IMG/VR virus record: IMGVR_UViG_3300014613_000003
Coordinates: 1-63,101 of that record
Source: a virus
Lineage: Duplodnaviria; Caudoviricetes
Reading direction: 5' to 3' (one strand)
Length of the DNA: 63,101 nucleotides
Under the pieces are notes generated by a model. The model worked only from the letters and a program-made list of their open reading frames with translations, made no database searches and was not told where the DNA came from. This document shows positions 57,366-63,101 of the stretch, one piece after another; the stretch's first letter is position 1; each line of letters begins with the position of its first letter. The position numbers and the translations under genes are program-made.

Positions 57366-57680
57366 ATGCACACCCTTATTCCACTATGTGAGGCCTGTAC
57401 TTTGGCTATCAAACGATCCTTTTACCTGGCCGACGCGCCGGCTGAGTTCCTGGGCGAACTCAGCAGCAAGCGAATCAACCAGGTGGTCGAGCGCTATTCC
57501 ACTCTCGTTAAGAGCGAGCGCGTCGACGAGTTGCTTACGACTGCCGAGTGGTCCGAGCTGTTCAAGCTGCCTGACCCGATCGACCCCGCCGCACTGCCCG
57601 AACGCCTGTCATGCGTACAGCGCCTGGCCGTGCTGGAAGTGCTCGAATCCATCCATCGCCGCAAAGGAAAGCCCCAATGA
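57366..57680 (+). CDS. Putative RHH-like regulator
   Basis: KRSFYL...LSSKRINQVVERY...TTAEW pattern. Confidence 0.5.
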   Translation: MHTLIPLCEACTLAIKRSFYLADAPAEFLGELSSKRINQVVERYSTLVKSERVDELLTTAEWSELFKLPDPIDPAALPERLSCVQRLAVLEVLESIHRRKGKPQ

Positions 57681-58066
57681 CCGACCAGGAAACAAAAGAA
57701 GCGCTACGGGTGCGCGATCGCATGCTGGCTCAGTTCGCCGAGCGCAAGGCGCTGGCCGTCGAGCTGATGCGCGAAGTGGGCACGCTGCGCGGGCAGAACT
57801 ACGTGCTGGTCCACGTCGAGTCCACGGCCGCCCTGGAGCGCCGCCCGTCCGGCAAATACGGCTACGCCCCGACCCGTGGCGACCTGGTGGGTACCCTGCA
57901 CCTGGACCACGGGCGCGCATCGTCGAATGCGGACGTGTGGAATACCGCTAACCCCGATCGCCCGGTACGCATCATCACCCGCCGCGAGCTGCTGGAGGAA
58001 ATCGTGGCCGAGTGCGACGAGATACTTGCGATGCTCGGTAAGACCCTGGAGGTTTCCCATGCGTGA
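57677..58066 (+). CDS. Hypothetical protein
   Basis: AAGGA RBS, coupled. Confidence 0.65.
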   Translation: MTDQETKEALRVRDRMLAQFAERKALAVELMREVGTLRGQNYVLVHVESTAALERRPSGKYGYAPTRGDLVGTLHLDHGRASSNADVWNTANPDRPVRIITRRELLEEIVAECDEILAMLGKTLEVSHA

Positions 58067-58886
58067 CACACCGAAGATGCCGGCAGAGTGTGAATGGCCT
58101 ACTTGCGAGTGCGCGCTTGACCCTGATAAATGCAAGGTGCAATCGGTAGAGCCAGCCCCGGCGCAGGATGAGCGGGAGGCGCCGACTGTGGTCGCAACCG
58201 CGATTCTCGGCGGGCTTTTTCATGGCGGCTCTGGACCGGAGCTTGGGGAAATAGATATTGAAGTCTGCACGTCAGCGCTTGAGAAGATTCAGTGCGAGAC
58301 GGTGAATAGCTCCGATGACGCTTTCTTGCCGCTGATGACCGTCGCCCAGCACGAACGCATCGTCGCCGCACTCACACGCCCCGCGCAGACCGAGCAGCAG
58401 CCGGATGGCGAAGCTGTCGAGATCGTCGCTAGCGCCATTGACGGCCCGTGCCGCGAGGTTGAGTCGATAGATGATATGGCGCAGATCATCTGCGGACAGC
58501 TGGCAGAGGCGGGCTTTTTGCGGGTTAGAAAATCGGAAGCCGCCAACTTTGCGGCGCCGATAGCTGGCGTGCTGTGCCGCTTCGGCCTAAGTCGTGATGA
58601 TGCCGAGGCGCTCGGAGCAGAGCTTGCGATCGCCTTGATCCCACACCTTGCCCAGTGGGACGAAGACCATCACGCCGCCCCAATCGCGCAGACCGCCCCG
58701 CAGCCGGAGCAGAGCGGGCTGCCTGATCCTCGCCAGTGGACCGATCAGCAGGTGCTTGACTTCCTCGGCGTAGCGTTGCGCAACGTGGATGTGGTCGGGA
58801 CCGTACACCTCAACGAGATCCGGCAGGGCTTCGAGCTGGTCATGGGTCGCCCCTCTCTGCCCGATCAAGGGGGTGCCCGTGAGTAG
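58059..58886 (+). CDS. Mosaic hypothetical protein
   Basis: VEPAPAQDER, PLMTVAQHERIV and AAPIAQTAPQPEQSGL linker modules typical of Pseudomonas phage mosaic genes. Confidence 0.65.
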   Translation: MRDTPKMPAECEWPTCECALDPDKCKVQSVEPAPAQDEREAPTVVATAILGGLFHGGSGPELGEIDIEVCTSALEKIQCETVNSSDDAFLPLMTVAQHERIVAALTRPAQTEQQPDGEAVEIVASAIDGPCREVESIDDMAQIICGQLAEAGFLRVRKSEAANFAAPIAGVLCRFGLSRDDAEALGAELAIALIPHLAQWDEDHHAAPIAQTAPQPEQSGLPDPRQWTDQQVLDFLGVALRNVDVVGTVHLNEIRQGFELVMGRPSLPDQGGARE

Positions 58887-59283
58887 CAAAGCACTCAGTG
58901 CGATCATCCGCCACGAACTGGCAGCGCAGGAGGTCGCCGCCCTGACCCGTCGCATAGGCGTGAAGCTGGGGCACTGCCCGATCAGCAGGACGCCTGCCGA
59001 CAACGAGTGGATGCTCGACGAAAAGGGCCGTCTCAAAACGCACCTTTGGCAAGCGTTCAACCATCGGGAACCGAGCGATTGCGGTTACGGGGAGGTGGGC
59101 CTTGGCGAAGACGGCATCGCCGACGCCTTGAGCCGTGGCAGTGAGTTTGCTTGCCGCCACTGCAAGCGCGCCTATCAGCTCATCCTGCGCCGGAAAAAGG
59201 CCAGGCAGGAGCTGGGTAATGCACGGCGGGCAATCCGCACTATCGGGCGCTTCGCCCTGGCTGCCCAAGGAGGCGCCCAATGA
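58879..59283 (+). CDS. Hypothetical protein
   Basis: Coupled ORF, CRHC, basic C-terminus. Confidence 0.6.
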   Translation: MSSKALSAIIRHELAAQEVAALTRRIGVKLGHCPISRTPADNEWMLDEKGRLKTHLWQAFNHREPSDCGYGEVGLGEDGIADALSRGSEFACRHCKRAYQLILRRKKARQELGNARRAIRTIGRFALAAQGGAQ

Positions 59284-59594
59284 TCCGCTTCATCGTTCAA
59301 CGCCACGAGCAGGACCATAACAGCGGCCTGGAGCGCCGCGACTTCGTGACCCTCGACGCTAGCGTGCCGGAGCTGGAGCAGCTGCTGCGCAAAGGCGGTC
59401 GCGGCGAAATGGGCTTCGAGCACTACCAGCTGCTCGGGGTTGAGCTGCTGGAGCCGGCGCCCGAGGCGCTGCCTTACTGGGAGCCATGCAATCCCGGCTG
59501 CGATCCAGAGTTCAACGGGGAGCGCAGCCGGAACTGTGCAACCCTTTGCCATAACGCACGCAACGCCCTCTCCACCCAACGAGGTGAGGCATGA
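59280..59594 (+). CDS. Hypothetical protein
   Basis: AGGAGG RBS, coupled. Confidence 0.6.
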   Translation: MIRFIVQRHEQDHNSGLERRDFVTLDASVPELEQLLRKGGRGEMGFEHYQLLGVELLEPAPEALPYWEPCNPGCDPEFNGERSRNCATLCHNARNALSTQRGEA

Positions 59595-59800
59595 GCGAAG
59601 TTGCAGAAATGTACCGTGGCATGAAAGACCACCGGAAGCTCCTGCGCGCGCGTTTTGGCGTGAAGTGCCCCGAATGCGTCCGACTGCTGCCAAAGGCCAA
59701 TGCAACGATTCTCCTGCCGCAGCAGCGGTGCCGAATCCATGGGTTTCGGGACGCTCGGCCGGAGCTTACGCAGGAGGACTACGACAGCCTCGCAGAGTAG
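59591..59800 (+). CDS. Small Zn-binding hypothetical protein
   Basis: GAGG RBS; CPEC...CRIH. Confidence 0.6.
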   Translation: MSEVAEMYRGMKDHRKLLRARFGVKCPECVRLLPKANATILLPQQRCRIHGFRDARPELTQEDYDSLAE

Positions 59801-59809
59801 ATAAAACGC

Positions 59810-59838
59810 TTGACGACTGTTCCGAACAGGAACATTAT
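59810..59838 (+). promoter_or_regulatory. Sigma70 promoter with inverted-repeat operator TGTTCC-N5-GGAACA
   Basis: TTGACG-N17-CATTAT; inverted repeat at 59818-59834. Confidence 0.7.
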
Positions 59839-59893
59839 TCAAGTCCCCAGGGGAGCGCACGCAGCGCGCCCCGACTCCCGAAAGGATGACCCG

Positions 59894-60526
59894 ATGAAAG
59901 CCTTCAACCACGCCACCATCCACGCCGAATACCACGCGCTGTACGCCGACGACTTGTTCGTCCGGCTGGCCGCTTGGGACGCCGAGCAAGAGCGTCAGAT
60001 GCGCGAATGCATGAGCGACCGCGATAACTACGACCTGGACGGCGTTCGCGCCGTGGTGGTGACCTGGCGCGAAGTGTGCCCAAACGGCAATGCCCATCGC
60101 GTAGCGCAGGCGGTGCTCGCTGAGCGCCTGGCCGAGGACGCCAGCGCTCGGACGCATCATGTACTTGCCGGCCGTAGCTTCGTCATCGCCATAGAGTTCG
60201 AGGACACCGACGAAGGCACTCGCGAGGCAAACAGTTTCATGGAAAGGCACCCAAGCGTCGGCGTGCTGGAGGTTGTCGACGGTCGCGTGATCCTGGCGTG
60301 GAAGGAGGACAAGGGCGAGCCCGTCGGCCCAATCCGCCGGATGCTGTGCTCATGCTGCGGCGCCGTGACACCGGGGCGGCAGTGGCGCAACCGGGACACA
60401 GGCTACGGACTGTGCGTGGCGTGCATCGACTACTGCGCTAAGCGCACCGAGCCGGGCGAGTTCGCGCGCACCTACGGGCACCGCGGCGTCCATTACGACG
60501 TATTGCCACAAGGAAGCGCCGAGTGA
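59894..60526 (+). CDS. Hypothetical protein, candidate anti-defence (Acr-like context)
   Basis: AAGGA RBS; first gene behind the operator-containing promoter; C-terminal CSCCG...CVAC. Confidence 0.65.
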   Translation: MKAFNHATIHAEYHALYADDLFVRLAAWDAEQERQMRECMSDRDNYDLDGVRAVVVTWREVCPNGNAHRVAQAVLAERLAEDASARTHHVLAGRSFVIAIEFEDTDEGTREANSFMERHPSVGVLEVVDGRVILAWKEDKGEPVGPIRRMLCSCCGAVTPGRQWRNRDTGYGLCVACIDYCAKRTEPGEFARTYGHRGVHYDVLPQGSAE

Positions 60527-60804
60527 CCATTACCCGCTACACCCCGCCGACGCCCGCCCAGCTCGCACAGCTGAAAAAGGCGCTCGGCCGCAACAGCAAC
60601 CAGATGGCCGAACTCGCCGGCCTGGCCAACGGTGGCCACTGGCGCAAGTACACGGGCGGCGCCGACCCGCGCACCCTCACAAAGCAGATGCACTTCTACA
60701 TGGCCGCCCAGCTGGTGCTCAGCCCGAGCGCGCTGGAGAGCATCACTGCGTGTATGCGGGAGCAGGGCGCCTACGTAGAGACGGACAAGGGGACTACCGC
60801 GTGA
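60523..60804 (+). CDS. XRE-type HTH repressor, Aca-like
   Basis: PTPAQLAQLKKALGRNSNQMAELAGLANGGHWRKYTGG. Confidence 0.75.
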   Translation: MTITRYTPPTPAQLAQLKKALGRNSNQMAELAGLANGGHWRKYTGGADPRTLTKQMHFYMAAQLVLSPSALESITACMREQGAYVETDKGTTA

Positions 60805-61211
60805 AAAACCTGATCGAATGGGAATCCAACCGTCGCCTGGACGACGATCTACACCGGCACTTCGAGGAGTTCGGCCGCTGGGAGTGGGCCGAGACTGCAA
60901 TGGAGTGGCACCGCGTCCATAACCTGATGTTCCAGGCGCCGTTAGAGCTTGAATCGCCGTCTATGTACCTGGCGTCGGCAGCTGTCGCACAAGGGCATTA
61001 CGGAGCAGTGGCAGGCATTGCGGCAGCGCTAGGCGTAGATGCCAGCATCCTTGCGATCGCGGTTGCCGGCTGGTACGAGAATCAAGACAGCCCGCCGGCA
61101 GCGATTGGATTCGAGGGGCTGCGGGATAAGTGCGAGGCAATACGCCGGAAGCGGCTACAGGAAGCCACAGCAGTCGAGCTCGCCACCAACCAGGAAGGAA
61201 AGAGCCAATGA
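60801..61211 (+). CDS. Hypothetical protein
   Basis: GTGA-coupled ORF. Confidence 0.6.
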   Translation: MKNLIEWESNRRLDDDLHRHFEEFGRWEWAETAMEWHRVHNLMFQAPLELESPSMYLASAAVAQGHYGAVAGIAAALGVDASILAIAVAGWYENQDSPPAAIGFEGLRDKCEAIRRKRLQEATAVELATNQEGKSQ

Positions 61212-61465
61212 AGCACATGAACCTACGCCAGCGGCAAGCCGTCGCAGCCAAGCAGGTAATGGCCTGGAACGCCAAGCACCCGATCGGCGTCACCGTCAGC
61301 TATGAGGAAATCCAAGGGGAGGGCGAAACACACCGCGGCGCCACCATCACCGATGCGCAGGTACTGAGCGGCCACACGGCTGTTATCTGGATCGAGGGTA
61401 AGAGCGGCTGCGTATGCCTGGACCATTGCACTGTAGTGCCGGACGATCAGGAGGGCGCACTGTGA
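61208..61465 (+). CDS. Hypothetical protein
   Basis: WNAKHPIG..V.Y...LSGHTAVIWIEG.SGCV.L. Confidence 0.65.
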   Translation: MKHMNLRQRQAVAAKQVMAWNAKHPIGVTVSYEEIQGEGETHRGATITDAQVLSGHTAVIWIEGKSGCVCLDHCTVVPDDQEGAL

Positions 61466-61902
61466 GCGCTCGCGACGAGCTAGCCGAGCGCATCATGCTG
61501 GCGATGCTGCCGCAGGTGTACGACTACGAGGAAGGGCGCAGCGACACCCAGGAAGCCCGGTTCCGCAATGTGGCGCGAGACGCCTACATGATGGCCGACG
61601 CGATGGAGTACGTGCGGCAGGAGGAGCAGGAGGCAGAAGTACCCGAGGTAACCGCGCCGACCCTGCCGGCCGCAACGCCCGTAGGGCCAGAGGACGACGT
61701 TGGGGCGCTGGAGCTGCCCGCCAGGGTAGCGAACCAGCTGCGGAGTTATGGTGTCACCACGGTTGCGCAACTGATCGAGCGAAGCGCGGTTGATCTGCTC
61801 AAGCTGCCTAACCTGGGCAGCAGATCCCTGCGAGTCATCGAGAGCAAGCTACGGCATAGAGGTATGAGCCTGGCCGCCAGGTACGAGCCTGGTAGGTTCT
61901 GA
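61462..61902 (+). CDS. Protein with an RNA polymerase alpha C-terminal domain
   Basis: LELPARVANQLRSYGVTTVAQL....DLLKLPNLGSRSLRVI...L...GMSL matches the alpha-CTD pattern. Confidence 0.85.
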   Translation: MSARDELAERIMLAMLPQVYDYEEGRSDTQEARFRNVARDAYMMADAMEYVRQEEQEAEVPEVTAPTLPAATPVGPEDDVGALELPARVANQLRSYGVTTVAQLIERSAVDLLKLPNLGSRSLRVIESKLRHRGMSLAARYEPGRF

Positions 61903-61920
61903 CGCAGCCACCAGTAACCA

Positions 61921-61945
61921 AGCCCGCCGATGTGCGGGCTTTTTT
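61921..61945 (+). terminator. Rho-independent terminator
   Basis: AGCCCGC-cgatgt-GCGGGCT followed by a T-tract. Confidence 0.85.
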
Positions 61946-61975
61946 GTGGGTGCGCACTGGTGCGCAAGGTACTCA

Positions 61976-62003
61976 TTGCGCACCGTCCGGAGTCACATAG
62001 CGT
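61976..62003 (+). promoter_or_regulatory. Late-type promoter copy 6 (TTGCGC-N16-TAGCGT), packaging operon
   Basis: Conserved motif upstream of terS. Confidence 0.75.
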
Positions 62004-62033
62004 TCCGGTCATCGATTCGCAGTAGAGGCACCG

Positions 62034-62702
62034 ATGACCACCACCACCCCCAATAAGCCAGGCAGTACAGCTACGCCCGATTGGGACCGTATCGAGCTGG
62101 ACTATCGGGCTGGAATCAAGAGCCTGCGCCAGATGGCGGGCGAGCATGAGATTTCCGAGGGTGCGATCCGTAAGCGTGCAAAGCGCGACGACTGGACCCG
62201 TGACCTGTCCGAGCGCATCCAGGCAAAGGCCGAACAGCTGGTACGCACTGAGGCGGTACGCAGCGAGGTACGCACGGAAAAGAGCATTTCCGAACGCCAG
62301 GTTGTAGACGCCAATGCGCAGGGCATGGCCGACGTACTGCTAGGCCACCGCCGCGACATTCAGCGCAGCAAAAGCATCGTCATGCGCCTGCTGGACGAGC
62401 TGGAGCAGCAGACCGGCCTGGAGAACGCCGCGCTACTCGACGAGCTGGGCGAGCTGCTGCGATCGGAGGACGACAAAGGCCAGGACAAGCTCAACGACCT
62501 ATACCGCAAAATCATCAGCCTGCCCGAGCGTGCCAGGACCATGAAGACACTGGCCGACTCGCTGCGTGTCACCGTCGATATGCAACGCCAGGCGTTCGGC
62601 ATGGATGCCAAAGGCGCCACACCGGAAAGCGGATCCGGTACCGCACGTATTGGCATCGAGTTCGTCACAGCTCCCCAGCGGCCAGAGGATGACGACGAAT
62701 GA
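62034..62702 (+). CDS. terS: Terminase small subunit
   Basis: PDWDRIELDYRAGIKSLRQMAGEHEISEGAIRKRAKRDDW HTH; directly upstream of terL. Confidence 0.88.
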   Translation: MTTTTPNKPGSTATPDWDRIELDYRAGIKSLRQMAGEHEISEGAIRKRAKRDDWTRDLSERIQAKAEQLVRTEAVRSEVRTEKSISERQVVDANAQGMADVLLGHRRDIQRSKSIVMRLLDELEQQTGLENAALLDELGELLRSEDDKGQDKLNDLYRKIISLPERARTMKTLADSLRVTVDMQRQAFGMDAKGATPESGSGTARIGIEFVTAPQRPEDDDE

Positions 62703-63101
62703 GCCTGTCCGCGCGCCACGCATACGGAGACGCCCCGTTCGCCAAGCTGCAACTACCTGAGAAGCTGGCACCGCTATTCCAGGCGCGCCGCTACAAGGTA
62801 ATGCACGGCGGTCGCGGTGGTGGTAAGTCCTGGTCCGTTGCTGGCGTGCTGCTGGCGATGGGCGCCGACCGGCCGCTGCGCATCCTCTGTGCGCGTGAAA
62901 TCCAGAAGTCCATGAAGGACTCGGTTCATCGCCTGCTCAAGGACCAGATCGTCAAGCTGGGCCTTGAATCGTTCTACAACGTGCTGGACACCGAGATTCG
63001 TGGCGCCAACGGCACGCTGATTCTGTTCAGCGGCCTGCAATCGCACACCGTCGACTCGATCAAGTCGTTCGAGGGCGTCGACATCGTGTGGGTCGAGGAA
63101 G
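62699..63101 (+). CDS. terL: Terminase large subunit, 5' part
   Basis: ATGA overlap with terS; RYKVMHGGRGGGKS Walker A; continues at the window start. Confidence 0.95.
   Translation, partial: MSLSARHAYGDAPFAKLQLPEKLAPLFQARRYKVMHGGRGGGKSWSVAGVLLAMGADRPLRILCAREIQKSMKDSVHRLLKDQIVKLGLESFYNVLDTEIRGANGTLILFSGLQSHTVDSIKSFEGVDIVWVEE
62979..63101. repeat. Terminal direct repeat (copy 2)
   Basis: Identical to 1-123. Confidence 0.95.

Noticed and set aside
59810-59893. TTG start of the 238-aa ORF
   Set aside because: The TTG is the -35 hexamer; AAGGA plus ATG at 59894 is the better start
62979-63101. 123-bp terminal repeat as a biological DTR
   Set aside because: It splits terL mid-gene and has the size of an assembler overlap; it indicates circularity only

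Overview
The window is a complete, circularly permuted ~63 kb GC-rich tailed-phage genome; 1-123 is identical to 62979-63101, so the unit length is about 62978 bp. The gene set resembles Pseudomonas F116/H66-type podoviruses, and the host is probably a pseudomonad (inferred from RsmA and AmrZ homologues and a dif-like site). Layout: terL, portal, scaffold, N4-gp56-type capsid, tail genes, ejection proteins including a 4555-aa DarB-like polyvalent protein, parA plus an RHH partner, an XerC/D dif-like site, a leftward early operon (csrA, Sak/Rad52-like, ssb, rdgC, Arc-like), cro-like, replication genes with iterons, nin-like genes, lysis cassette, accessory/anti-defence-like operons, terS. I found no integrase, CI repressor, N, Q, tRNA or CRISPR array, so it looks like a phage-plasmid. 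Main leads: (1) a well-formed 106-aa gene overprinted inside the giant DarB-like gene; (2) six late promoters sharing TTG-N12-AGTCACATAG; (3) about ten dispersed GGGAC-N6-GTCCC palindromes; (4) an acr-aca-like promoter/operator-unknown gene-HTH locus; (5) a tail protein with a penicillin-binding-protein-type domain; (6) RyR and Gp49/66 domains fused into head-region proteins. All family calls come from motif recognition by eye, not from database searches.
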